This document shows positions 47,252 through 57,771 of a stretch of DNA of 64,000 bases, in pieces; position 1 is the stretch's first letter; every line of letters starts with the position of its first letter. Under the pieces are notes generated by a model. It was given only the letters and a program-made list of their open reading frames with translations, was not told the origin of the DNA and did no database searches. The position numbers and the translations under genes are program-made. The stretch is taken from sequence record AP019418.1; one strand, given 5' to 3'.

Positions 47252-48226
47252 CTATTTTTTATAAGCAATAAATTTTCCAATATGCTTGAATCCCTTACAA
47301 CTAATAGTAACTTTAATCGGATATTTAGCCTTCATTACATAAATTAACCTGGACATATTAAACGGCGCATAAAGTATAAAATCATTATCTACCATTTCTT
47401 TATGGAATGCATTAATCTTATCTTGGACTAGTTTAATATAATCCTCATCATTAATAATACTTTGTTTATCTGAAATAACAATCTTATCTACAGTATCGCC
47501 TTCAGCACATAGTCTTTCATATACCTCAGTACGGATAAATGTATTAACTGCGATATATGTATTTTCTGTTACTTGTGTAGCTTGTGCACTATAAATATCA
47601 CTAATACAGTAATTAGGTTTATATGGACCAAATGGATCAATAATATCTTTAATAGATACACTCTTTTTTGGTAGAACATGGGGTGTTTCTAAAAATGAAA
47701 CACTGTCATGTGCATCAATATCTAAATACTTATTGACTAGTGGGGCAACGCGGTTGAATGCCTCTTCATAGATAGCATACATGTAGCCACGGTAATCTGG
47801 TAAAGACACATAATAATTACGCTGAACAACAGTCTCGCAACTACTAACATAATTATAAAAAATATCTGCGTGCCTTAAAACATTATTAAATTCATCTACG
47901 CCTAGAATTGAACTAATCCAACTAACATCATTATCGTGGATAAATATAGCTAAACGAAGGTTTTGCCGTTTTGGATTAGTTTCATCTTGGAATGGATATG
48001 TTGTATATAGCTCAGTGATAGCTTGTTTAACTACATCAGGTGATTCATTGAAAAATTCTTTTGAGAATTGATCAATTGACATATTTTGTCTTTGCTGATA
48101 TAGTTCATTAATACGTGCTTCTACTTGCACAAGGAAGTTAATCTTTTTACTGATTTTAAGGCTATGTTCAGTATGCATTAAGTTATCTCTGTTTGATTGA
48201 TTTAATAACATCACAAACAATTTCAA
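47252..48226 (-). CDS. Hypothetical protein (about 305-324 aa)
   Basis: Long ORF; start uncertain (MHTEH likely). Confidence 0.8.
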   Translation of the reverse strand: MKLFVMLLNQSNRDNLMHTEHSLKISKKINFLVQVEARINELYQQRQNMSIDQFSKEFFNESPDVVKQAITELYTTYPFQDETNPKRQNLRLAIFIHDNDVSWISSILGVDEFNNVLRHADIFYNYVSSCETVVQRNYYVSLPDYRGYMYAIYEEAFNRVAPLVNKYLDIDAHDSVSFLETPHVLPKKSVSIKDIIDPFGPYKPNYCISDIYSAQATQVTENTYIAVNTFIRTEVYERLCAEGDTVDKIVISDKQSIINDEDYIKLVQDKINAFHKEMVDNDFILYAPFNMSRLIYVMKAKYPIKVTISCKGFKHIGKFIAYKK

Positions 48227-48674
48227 ACCATTCTTTTTCTTGAATGGTTAGGTTTGCTCCTGATAAAACTAATGGACCAAAACTTTTTGCTTTAAATAAA
48301 ACGAATGGTCGACTATTAAGATTTAATAATAGGGTATCACGAAGGATATTGGTAAGTCCATCTACGTATTGATACTTTAAACCATAGTCTAATTTATAAT
48401 GGGAATTAACCTCTGGTTGAAGAAAAGCCTTTTCTTTTTTACCAGTGATGAGATACATCCGAAGACCTTTGAATGAAAAGAAATTCTCATTATCAAGTGT
48501 GGTCTTCTTCTCTTTTCCATTAAACTGAAATAGATCAGGGAGCGGTGTATTACCGCTCTGATCTACAATGATGCTATCTACAGGATAATTATTTTGTACC
48601 CATGGGGTTTCTGAATTATTCATTTGAATTAGGCTCCACCCAATGAGGATCAGGTACAGGAACAATATGCACAC
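48183..48674 (-). CDS. Hypothetical protein (about 146-163 aa)
   Basis: ORF; likely start MNNSETPW overlapping the upstream stop. Confidence 0.7.
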   Translation of the reverse strand: MCILFLYLILIGWSLIQMNNSETPWVQNNYPVDSIIVDQSGNTPLPDLFQFNGKEKKTTLDNENFFSFKGLRMYLITGKKEKAFLQPEVNSHYKLDYGLKYQYVDGLTNILRDTLLLNLNSRPFVLFKAKSFGPLVLSGANLTIQEKEWFEIVCDVIKSIKQR

Positions 48675-49377
48675 TGTCCTCTAGTTTATCTCGAAGATTA
48701 GGATCATCAGTCCATTGTAGAGAAAGAGTGTATCTCTCCTCTTTAGGCCGTAGTAGTAGGAATCCACGTCTTAATGTATTCCAAGACATATTGGGCGATA
48801 GTAAACCACGCCTTTGTGTATTAGCCAATGAGGTAAGTTTCTTTTTATCCAATCCTACAAGGTTGACTGGATTATTTAAAAACTCTTCCCATAGCTTATC
48901 CCACTTCTCCTGGTTAATTCCTTCTTTCCAGAGAATATGCCTATACAGATGGGCCATTGTAGTTGTAGCTGGTTTTTGATTCTTAAAAATTTCACATTCT
49001 TCATAGGGGAAATCATTTGCAGAGCAAGTTACCTCATCTTCAGTTGGATCGATATTGATCGTATAAACTGAATCAGGTTTTGATGTACCCCAAATCAGAC
49101 GTACCTCTAATGTTGCTTTAACAGGTGATAAGAAATCAATAGCTTTCTTAAAGCCATCCCAACTCATTGTATCAGCTTTAAGTGCTTTATTAAGATTACC
49201 TTTATCTGGGTTATTCTTGTTATGTGGTTTTTGAAAGTATGCATTCAAACGTTTATCCCAAGCAAACTGTGTCATATTACGCCACAGTAGTACTTCCCGG
49301 AAAACATAACACAAAACCCCTTCTGCCTGCCTTAATCCTTTTTGAGGATCGCTTAATAAGTCTTTTACAGATTCCAT
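48616..49377 (-). CDS. Conserved jumbo-phage protein built from two tandem homologous domains
   Basis: Two repeats of L/Mxx(V/L)(F/Y)Rx(V/I)L...WDK...MSW...L(x)P...L(x)W. Confidence 0.85.
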   Translation of the reverse strand: MESVKDLLSDPQKGLRQAEGVLCYVFREVLLWRNMTQFAWDKRLNAYFQKPHNKNNPDKGNLNKALKADTMSWDGFKKAIDFLSPVKATLEVRLIWGTSKPDSVYTINIDPTEDEVTCSANDFPYEECEIFKNQKPATTTMAHLYRHILWKEGINQEKWDKLWEEFLNNPVNLVGLDKKKLTSLANTQRRGLLSPNMSWNTLRRGFLLLRPKEERYTLSLQWTDDPNLRDKLEDSVHIVPVPDPHWVEPNSNE

Positions 49378-49447
49378 CTTTTTTACACCTACGGTGAATT
49401 GATAATAAACACACTTTATATTAATTTATACTTGTATAGTCTGCACC

Positions 49448-49972
49448 TCATAGTAACTTAATAATTGCTCTTGATAGTTCAATAATATCATAGTACATTC
49501 TATCCATCTGGCGCTGATATGCTTGATGGTTAATCTGTTCAAGATATTCAGTTTGTTGCCAAATTAAGTCACGCATAGTTTCAATAGATTTACATACATC
49601 AATAAAACTATCATTACTGTTTATAAAATATTCATCAAGGTCAATTGATTTCCTGTCGATAAACTCAGTACGACACATTTCACTAATCTTTAGATCATCT
49701 TCATTTGCAATATGATCATTTAACCTAGTTAGAGCATCTAATAAATAACCAATACTGTAATGTCTTAGATAGACAGGAACACCTATCATCTTCCTGATGG
49801 TCAGAGTTTTTAATTCATCCAGATTAATTAATTGCCAGAAATTATTAATAGCTTTTAATCGTTCCTCACCTGAAATAATATCTTTATCTATCCGTTCTAA
49901 TTCAGTTAGAAGTTGTTCTTTACCAACTTCCTTTTGGAAGCCCCGGAAATATTGAATAAGTTTCTTAAACAT
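49448..49972 (-). CDS. Conserved hypothetical protein (174 aa)
   Basis: AGG RBS; helical protein. Confidence 0.8.
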   Translation of the reverse strand: MFKKLIQYFRGFQKEVGKEQLLTELERIDKDIISGEERLKAINNFWQLINLDELKTLTIRKMIGVPVYLRHYSIGYLLDALTRLNDHIANEDDLKISEMCRTEFIDRKSIDLDEYFINSNDSFIDVCKSIETMRDLIWQQTEYLEQINHQAYQRQMDRMYYDIIELSRAIIKLL

Positions 49973-50051
49973 GATATAGGACCTATTTTTCAGATACTTA
50001 GCATATGGTAAGTATGTTAGGTATTACTATTACTAATTAGAGGATAATAAA

Positions 50052-50567
50052 ATGTTCCATGGTGCAGATTTATCTGATGAGCCTTTAGAAAAGAAATCAT
50101 CAACTACAGAAGAAAAGGTATATGCTGATCTAGAATATGAGCAGCAGATACGGTATACACAATCAGTTAAAGAGAAAGTACTAAAAGCTGTATTAGAAAA
50201 TACAACTGGTAAAGTACCTACTGATAAAGAATCAGTTGATATGATTCTTAAATTAACAGATTCAATGGATAAGACAACAATTGCTAACCGTCGTATTCAA
50301 GTTGATTCTGAGGGTGCACGCTCTAACCGTGAACTTGCTGAAGGCTTTGCTGAATTCGTTAAGATGCAAATGAACCGTAATCCATTAATACGTGATCCGA
50401 ATGATGTCCCTGCAACACCACGTGAGATTCCAGATATTCCTGATGAGGAATTTGAGAATTACACTATTGAAGAAGGTGAAACTGAAATCGGTATCATCAT
50501 GGAGGAATCCAATGCATTTATGGAGCGGATGGATGCTGCACGAGAAAAAGAATTAGAAAACGATTGA
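50052..50567 (+). CDS. Conserved acidic hypothetical protein (171 aa)
   Basis: GAGGA RBS; TATG late-promoter-like motifs upstream; ends at a palindromic terminator. Confidence 0.85.
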   Translation: MFHGADLSDEPLEKKSSTTEEKVYADLEYEQQIRYTQSVKEKVLKAVLENTTGKVPTDKESVDMILKLTDSMDKTTIANRRIQVDSEGARSNRELAEGFAEFVKMQMNRNPLIRDPNDVPATPREIPDIPDEEFENYTIEEGETEIGIIMEESNAFMERMDAAREKELEND

Positions 50568-50576
50568 TATTAACGA

Positions 50577-50609
50577 CATATAGCCCTCCCGTAATGGGAG
50601 GGCGTTATG
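50577..50609. terminator. Bidirectional terminator, conserved palindrome family
   Basis: CATATAGCCCTCCC-GTAAT-GGGAGGGCGTTATG. Confidence 0.85.
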
Positions 50610-50612
50610 CAC

Positions 50613-51311
50613 TTAATACAAATCGATATCTAATACATCACCAACTGTATTTACGATTACTTCAACAGGTGGTAGCTCAATATTACCAATTGATTTCTTA
50701 ATAACATTCATTTGGTTAATAACTTGATTATGATCAGATGTTACTTTAAGAGCTAATAGTCCAATAGCAGTTAAACTTACGATTGCAGTTGAGTTATCTG
50801 AAATAGTTTCATATGCAGCTTTACCTACTTTCTTAATAGTTTTAAATAGAGTAGGTTTATTTTGACGAATTAGTTTTCGTTCTTTTGCTTTAGCTAGCTC
50901 ATCATCAAATTCTTTATTAAAGCTACGGCGTTTACTCCAATCATAAACACCTGGTGAAACTTCTTCAAAATTGGAAGAGATTGCACCAAAATCACTAGCA
51001 TGGCTAAACATCCATTTAAAGATAAAGCGATTAGAAAGAACCCACGCCTGTAGATTAGTTTCTGCATCGTTGATTAGTTTAATAGCATCGCTTCCAGTAG
51101 CCACTTGGCCATTAGCTTTAACAAATAAAATCAGTCTTACAGTAGTACCATTGATTACTGTGTTATTCACATTTGCAATCCTGGTATAAATTTCTTTAAT
51201 AATTCGCTTTTGTTTATCTAAATCAGCACCATTTAAACGAATATTAAATTGACGGTCTAATACGGCCATTGCAGTTTCCTCTAGGGTTATTGTACCTAAA
51301 GTATACTGCAT
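50613..51311 (-). CDS. Early protein with a single C-proximal transmembrane helix (232 aa)
   Basis: AIVSLTAIGLLALKV hydrophobic stretch. Confidence 0.75.
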   Translation of the reverse strand: MQYTLGTITLEETAMAVLDRQFNIRLNGADLDKQKRIIKEIYTRIANVNNTVINGTTVRLILFVKANGQVATGSDAIKLINDAETNLQAWVLSNRFIFKWMFSHASDFGAISSNFEEVSPGVYDWSKRRSFNKEFDDELAKAKERKLIRQNKPTLFKTIKKVGKAAYETISDNSTAIVSLTAIGLLALKVTSDHNQVINQMNVIKKSIGNIELPPVEVIVNTVGDVLDIDLY

Positions 51312-51318
51312 GACCGTA

Positions 51319-51747
51319 TTATTTTAATTTTTTACATGCTTTATAAAACCGTGTACCAACGTACAAAATAAACCCGCCAATAACAGCAACTGATGTGATT
51401 GTTTCCAGCGGCATGCGCTTAGCGGGTTCTTCAATTGGTACTGTAACAGCTGGTAATTCAATTCTTTTCTCAATAACTTTTTTACCAGTTAACTTATAAT
51501 AAACATCTGGTTCTAATGTTATCGATTCAAGAATCTGATTACTACATGGATAGCGTGTGACGCCTCCATGTCCATCTGCAACATAGAAGCTGAATGTATC
51601 GCCTACACGATGTAAGTCAACCACACTACCCATATATGTCATATGAGCTGGATAGAGTTCTGCCTTGACCTTTCCATCGTTGAATAAGTCAATGACGGAA
51701 CTCTTCTTTAGCTCACCCATTAAGTTTGCTAAAGTGAATGCCGCCAT
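51319..51747 (-). CDS. Early tail-anchored membrane protein (142 aa)
   Basis: C-terminal SVAVIGGFILYVGTRFYKACKK. Confidence 0.75.
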   Translation of the reverse strand: MAAFTLANLMGELKKSSVIDLFNDGKVKAELYPAHMTYMGSVVDLHRVGDTFSFYVADGHGGVTRYPCSNQILESITLEPDVYYKLTGKKVIEKRIELPAVTVPIEEPAKRMPLETITSVAVIGGFILYVGTRFYKACKKLK

Positions 51748-51765
51748 TAGCGATAACCCTATTAT

Positions 51766-51972
51766 TTAATCGACTTGTTGAGCACTATCATCAATATCGA
51801 TTTTATCTAGCTCATCAGTTAGAATATCTACTTCACTGTCTAGTACCGTATCATCATCAGCTACGGTGTCATCAATAACGGTTGATTTAGAAACGGCCTT
51901 ATATAGATTAATAGCGGCAACAGCGAGGGCACCAGTTGAGATAATTGCAGCTGCGATCTTTAGTACTTTCAT
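51766..51972 (-). CDS. Small early membrane protein with acidic tail (68 aa)
   Basis: N-terminal IAAAIISTGALAVAAINLYKA, Asp-rich C-terminus. Confidence 0.75.
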   Translation of the reverse strand: MKVLKIAAAIISTGALAVAAINLYKAVSKSTVIDDTVADDDTVLDSEVDILTDELDKIDIDDSAQQVD

Positions 51973-52028
51973 TTTCTATTTTTCCTAATCATTAAGTTTT
52001 AATAAGTATCCAATATAGATACATGTCT

Positions 52029-52050
52029 GTAATATAGATCTTAAACTTTT
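52029..52050 (-). promoter_or_regulatory. Early promoter (TATATTAC)
   Basis: Minus strand AAAAGTTTAAGATCTATATTAC. Confidence 0.8.
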
Positions 52051-52082
52051 TTTAGTGTAATAAAAAAATTAATGCGATATAA

Positions 52083-52104
52083 ACCCCCTCCCGAAGGAGA
52101 GGGT
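52083..52104 (-). terminator. Intrinsic terminator with UUCG tetraloop
   Basis: Minus strand ACCCTCTCC-TTCG-GGAGGGGGT-TTATA. Confidence 0.8.
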
Positions 52105-52114
52105 AATATGTATA

Positions 52115-52510
52115 TCAGTATTCCATCGAAGTTAATACTCGATAATGATCTAATAGTAAATCAATAACAGAGTAAAAAGAATCACAGTTGAATTGCGTAT
52201 CTATATTTGCAGATACTCCAGTAATACGATTGATAATATGGAGACACTTAATATCTCCACCACGTTGTCTGATAAAAACAACTGCCCACACTGGCCACGT
52301 ACTATCTGGTGTGGTGTCTTGAATAACTAATCTGTAATACCCATCATTTACTGTTTCAATGGATGCTTGGATTGGATCATCTGTATAAGCCGATTCTACT
52401 TGAACATATTGATCATTATAATAAAACATTTCCTTAATAAGTTTAGCACAGGCATGTAATGTCTCCATTACCTTAGCTGAACTATTTGGATTATATTGTT
52501 GATTAAACAT
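52115..52510 (-). CDS. Hypothetical early protein (131 aa)
   Basis: GAGG RBS, TATATTAC upstream. Confidence 0.8.
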   Translation of the reverse strand: MFNQQYNPNSSAKVMETLHACAKLIKEMFYYNDQYVQVESAYTDDPIQASIETVNDGYYRLVIQDTTPDSTWPVWAVVFIRQRGGDIKCLHIINRITGVSANIDTQFNCDSFYSVIDLLLDHYRVLTSMEY

Positions 52511-52544
52511 GTCATTAACCTCTTAAGATATTGTATGCATAGTA

Positions 52545-52568
52545 GTAATATATATCTTAATTATTTTT
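52545..52568 (-). promoter_or_regulatory. Early promoter (TATATTAC)
   Basis: Minus strand AAAAATAATTAAGATATATATTAC. Confidence 0.8.
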
Positions 52569-52601
52569 TAGTGTAGTTGTGAAAACTTAGAGGAATATAC
52601 G

Positions 52602-52778
52602 ATGCCTAGTAAAAGTAAAAAACAACATAACTTCATGGCTGCTGTAGCCAATGATAAGAAGTTTGCTAAGAAAGTTGGTGTACCACAATCAGTTGGTAAA
52701 GACTTTGTTGAGGCTGATAAAAATAAAAAGAGTTTTGAAAGTGTTTCACTTAATAGCACTTATAAAGATAGTTACTAA
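52602..52778 (+). CDS. Small basic protein (MPSKSKKQHNFMAAVANDKKFAKKVGVPQSVGKDFVEADKNKKSFESVSLNSTYKDSY, 58 aa)
   Basis: Translated by hand; GAGGA RBS; stop abuts a bidirectional terminator; missed by the 60-aa cutoff. Confidence 0.8.
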   Translation: MPSKSKKQHNFMAAVANDKKFAKKVGVPQSVGKDFVEADKNKKSFESVSLNSTYKDSY

Positions 52779-52810
52779 TATAATGCCCTCCCATTGCGGG
52801 AGGGCTTATG
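52779..52810. terminator. Bidirectional terminator, conserved palindrome family
   Basis: TATAATGCCCTCCC-ATTGC-GGGAGGGCTTATG; reverse complement of the 17769 copy at 31 of 32 nt. Confidence 0.85.
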
Positions 52811-52820
52811 TTGCTTATAA

Positions 52821-55313
52821 TTATTTTAATACTAGATTTTTATTAAATACTTCTGGAGTACTAATATTAGCTGGATCAAGTACAATAAATTCAGCTTGGT
52901 TAAATGCACCGTGTGTTGATTCAAAGTGGCTGATGAAGAACACTTGATTAACAATGCCATTTTCAATTAACCTGTTAATGAATGGAATAGCATTGGCTCG
53001 ATGTTGTTCATCAAAAGTCCTGCTAAATTCATCTAAGAAAAGGGGCATGTCATCTAGATGTAAAAATTTCAAGATAGCCATTCTAAAAGCAAAATCAACA
53101 ATCTCTAATTGTGAGTCAGACCCGTATTCAATGTCCGGTGGCTGAACGTCACCACCTGCAATATGCATTGGGAACTTATAATCCATGCCATCTTTGTCAA
53201 CATTAGAAGGTAATACTTCTAACCTATAAGTCCAAATCTCATTGATGTATGCATTTACTAGTTTAACTACTCCTTGTAAGAAACCTAATAAATAGCGACC
53301 AAGAATACCACTTTTTGGTGATAATGCTTTTTCAAGAATAGCTAAATCAGTAGCCATTTGTTGTGCATGGTTAACTTCTGATTCTAAAACTTTAATACGT
53401 TCTTCATGACGTTCCATTTCACTTAAACGACTATGCACACTAGATAGTTCTAAGTTAACAGCATCAATCTCTGCTTGGTATGCCTTATCTACAAAGTTAT
53501 CAGCTGTATCCACTATCTTTTTAATAAACTGCTCCCATCGTTCAATAAAAGAATGATACTTATCTTCCCATTCACGAATAGCATTACCAGCTTTATTGAA
53601 ATGAGATGCTTTTCTTTGTAAGTCAGCTGCTACATGTGTTTTATTATTAATTTCAGTTTCTAGTGCAGTTGTACGTGCCTTAATGAACTCTAATGCATCT
53701 TGATCCATCTCAGCAATAACACGTAGTCGTTGAGCTAATAAAGTAGCTTCCGCATGAGCTTGCTTAGAGACAATGAGTTGCTGCATTGCATCTCGCCAGT
53801 CTAATGCATCATTTATATATTTTGCTGGTGTGCGATACATTACGACATGTTCAGCTACATAGTTCCATAATGTATCAAATTCGTTATACTCTTTCGTTAA
53901 TTGAACGTAGCCATGTACATAACTTACATATTCATTGAAGTCAGTCATGTACTGTTCAAGAACCTTGATCTCATTTGAACAGCTATCCATCGCTTCATCT
54001 AACTTAGCTTTGCGCTCTTCTGCTATTGTGATATCTTGTTCACTAACACCAGGTTTAAATGAATGAGTGCATGATGGGCAAGTAATAGATGCGCATTCCT
54101 TAAATGAATTTAGGCGTTGATTAATTTGTAAATACATGCCTTCCATGGTTGAGTATTTACTTTTTAATTCTTTTAGCCTTTCTGCATTTTTAATAGCAGT
54201 TTCTTTACTTAAGTAACCATTCTCATTATTAGGAAATGTAGTGAGAAGTTTGATCCAACGATCTGAGAGATCAGTAAGTTTACCAGATGGATCACCGTTA
54301 ACAGAAATGTCAACCAAAGGAAATCTACCGGTATACTTCTTATATTTACTAATAGCTTCTTCAGCAATGCGTGTATGATGTTCATGTCTGTCCTTAAGTT
54401 CTTGTATTTCTTCTGGAGACATACGTTCAGCTGTATTCGGATTAGAGCTTTTTAATTCTTCTAATTCTTCAACTAAACGTGCAATAACTGCTTGTATAGA
54501 TTTATATTCTTCAATCTTCTTATTATTTAGTTCTAAGAAAGATTCATACCCATCTACTTTAACTTGAATAGGTAACATTGGAAATGACATTAACAATGAA
54601 CGAGCTTCATCTAAGATAGAATCTAATTCTTTACGTGCAGTGGTTTCATCTCTAAAATGAAGGACACCTTTCTTATCACGTGTTTTATAAAGTAAATCAA
54701 TACGACTAACTAACCGTTGTTTCACTTCTTTCAACTGTGTCATTTCTGAATCATTCAATACCCCATGGTGTTCTGTGACCAATCGCTTATTAATTGTTTT
54801 AACAGTACCTTGCTGGTTAGATAATTCTTTACGTACTTTGTTATAAACATTAAATGCATAATCAAGGTTAACTACAGACATTCTAGTTAACCATGCTTTA
54901 CGTTCATTAGGTTTTAACTTTGTAAAACGCATCTTACCTGTCAACATTTCATGCAGTTCTCGGTTTAACCCGAAATGCGCCATTACAAGTTCTTCTTGTT
55001 CTTTAAAGGTATGACCACTATTTAATTCTTCATCATTACATAAAAAGGAATGATGTCCAGTGCCACGGTTATATTTAGAAATTAATTTATAGTCTTTACC
55101 ATTTGCATGACAATGGAAATGTTTCTCGCCACCTTGCTTGAAGTTTGAACTGCTAGATACAACAGGTGTCAGTTCACTAATAATAGATGATTTGCCAGAA
55201 CCATTACTACCAAGTATAACCATCATCTGTTTGCTTGGAGTCCATTCAAAATAATGTGTATTATTGGCCATCAACCTAGTATAGCCAATTAGCTTAAGTA
55301 GCTTGATCTGCAT
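52821..55313 (-). CDS. sbcC: SbcC/Rad50-like ATPase (gp165-like)
   Basis: GSNGSGKS Walker A, long coiled coil with CPSC zinc hook, LFLDEFSRTFD Walker B/D-loop, ISH. Confidence 0.93.
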   Translation of the reverse strand: MQIKLLKLIGYTRLMANNTHYFEWTPSKQMMVILGSNGSGKSSIISELTPVVSSSSNFKQGGEKHFHCHANGKDYKLISKYNRGTGHHSFLCNDEELNSGHTFKEQEELVMAHFGLNRELHEMLTGKMRFTKLKPNERKAWLTRMSVVNLDYAFNVYNKVRKELSNQQGTVKTINKRLVTEHHGVLNDSEMTQLKEVKQRLVSRIDLLYKTRDKKGVLHFRDETTARKELDSILDEARSLLMSFPMLPIQVKVDGYESFLELNNKKIEEYKSIQAVIARLVEELEELKSSNPNTAERMSPEEIQELKDRHEHHTRIAEEAISKYKKYTGRFPLVDISVNGDPSGKLTDLSDRWIKLLTTFPNNENGYLSKETAIKNAERLKELKSKYSTMEGMYLQINQRLNSFKECASITCPSCTHSFKPGVSEQDITIAEERKAKLDEAMDSCSNEIKVLEQYMTDFNEYVSYVHGYVQLTKEYNEFDTLWNYVAEHVVMYRTPAKYINDALDWRDAMQQLIVSKQAHAEATLLAQRLRVIAEMDQDALEFIKARTTALETEINNKTHVAADLQRKASHFNKAGNAIREWEDKYHSFIERWEQFIKKIVDTADNFVDKAYQAEIDAVNLELSSVHSRLSEMERHEERIKVLESEVNHAQQMATDLAILEKALSPKSGILGRYLLGFLQGVVKLVNAYINEIWTYRLEVLPSNVDKDGMDYKFPMHIAGGDVQPPDIEYGSDSQLEIVDFAFRMAILKFLHLDDMPLFLDEFSRTFDEQHRANAIPFINRLIENGIVNQVFFISHFESTHGAFNQAEFIVLDPANISTPEVFNKNLVLK

Positions 55314-55362
55314 GATTAACCCTTAATAATGTCTTACTCTATAGAGTTAATAACCCTAGTAA

Positions 55363-56535
<1,173 letters not shown>

Positions 56536-56539
56536 AGAA

Positions 56540-56571
56540 CATAATGCCCTCCCACTATGGGAGGGCTTATG
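56540..56571. terminator. Bidirectional terminator, conserved palindrome family
   Basis: CATAATGCCCTCCC-ACTAT-GGGAGGGCTTATG. Confidence 0.85.
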
Positions 56572-56574
56572 CTG

Positions 56575-57762
56575 TTAAATACCTTCATTCTCATAATGAG
56601 TAATGCAGTGACTAACAAATGTTAACCAGACTTTAAGAGTTACTGCTAACCAATGGGTGTAGTTACCAACAGGTTCTGCTAATTTTCGGGATATCTCAGC
56701 GAGCATATTAATTGCCTCGCCATTTGCCCTTCCCAATAACTCACTACGTTCAGCTAGCTGTCGAATTGAATCATCTACAACTACCTTAACTGTTTTATAT
56801 TCTACTTCGCCTTGTTTAGCACGTTCAGCGATCGTTAAAATATTAGCAATACCAGTTACAATATCACTTAGCGTAGTTACAGAAGGTACTTCTATATCTC
56901 GTTCAGTGCTATCAATTGCATTGATTTGTAACTCTGTAAATTCCATTGTAAATGTATTGCGAACCATTTCTAGTGCAGATTGTTTATTAGTAACTGATGT
57001 AGCTATATGGTCAGCATCAGTATAAACAAATGCACGATTAGCTGGTAAAATATAACTTCTATGGGTACCAGTAGAAGTAGTCTCACCTTTCTTTAATGGC
57101 TCATCCCCTGGCGGCGCTTTAAAATCACGACGCACTATATCGGCAAAAGATTGTAATAACTCATCAATGATTTCTGTAGTGGTATCTTCGCCTTGATTAT
57201 CTAAGATATTCAATGCTTGTCTACTAATATTTCGAGCAATATTAGAAGTCATTTTAGGATAAGTCATTAAAATATAATTAGTGACTTCTTTGATATCTAA
57301 AAGATTATCTGGTCGATCACCAATGAATTCACCGTTAATAGATAATCGCTGTAAACCAGAAACAGTCAATCGAGTATTAGTCGTACGATTACCTAGTTTT
57401 GCAAGTCGCCTAGATAATTTTTGCTGTGTTTTACGCACATGTGAAATACTGCCAGTAAACTTGACGTAGAATGCCGTGAGTGTTTCGATTACCATCCGCA
57501 CAATATCTCGTGCAGCCTTAGCAGCTCGAACTAATGCATCTTTTAAAGCACGTAGTGTAATTATACCGCCTTCTTTTATGGAGAAGGCGGGATCGATACT
57601 TTCTAAAGCAAATGACATCGCTTTAGACAGGTCTTCAGATGCTACGTCACGTCCATCTAGCAGATCTTGATAACGAGCTAATCGATGGCGATATGCTTCA
57701 ACAGAAACAATAGCCTCTTTGAGTTCATTATTGGTAATTAATAGTTCTGCATATGTGGACAT
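56575..57762 (-). CDS. Internal head (inner body/ejection) protein, gp163-like paralog
   Basis: FALES cleavage motif followed by LKDALVRAAKAARDIVRMVIE helix typical of this family. Confidence 0.8.
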   Translation of the reverse strand: MSTYAELLITNNELKEAIVSVEAYRHRLARYQDLLDGRDVASEDLSKAMSFALESIDPAFSIKEGGIITLRALKDALVRAAKAARDIVRMVIETLTAFYVKFTGSISHVRKTQQKLSRRLAKLGNRTTNTRLTVSGLQRLSINGEFIGDRPDNLLDIKEVTNYILMTYPKMTSNIARNISRQALNILDNQGEDTTTEIIDELLQSFADIVRRDFKAPPGDEPLKKGETTSTGTHRSYILPANRAFVYTDADHIATSVTNKQSALEMVRNTFTMEFTELQINAIDSTERDIEVPSVTTLSDIVTGIANILTIAERAKQGEVEYKTVKVVVDDSIRQLAERSELLGRANGEAINMLAEISRKLAEPVGNYTHWLAVTLKVWLTFVSHCITHYENEGI

Positions 57763-57771
57763 TATGTTTAC

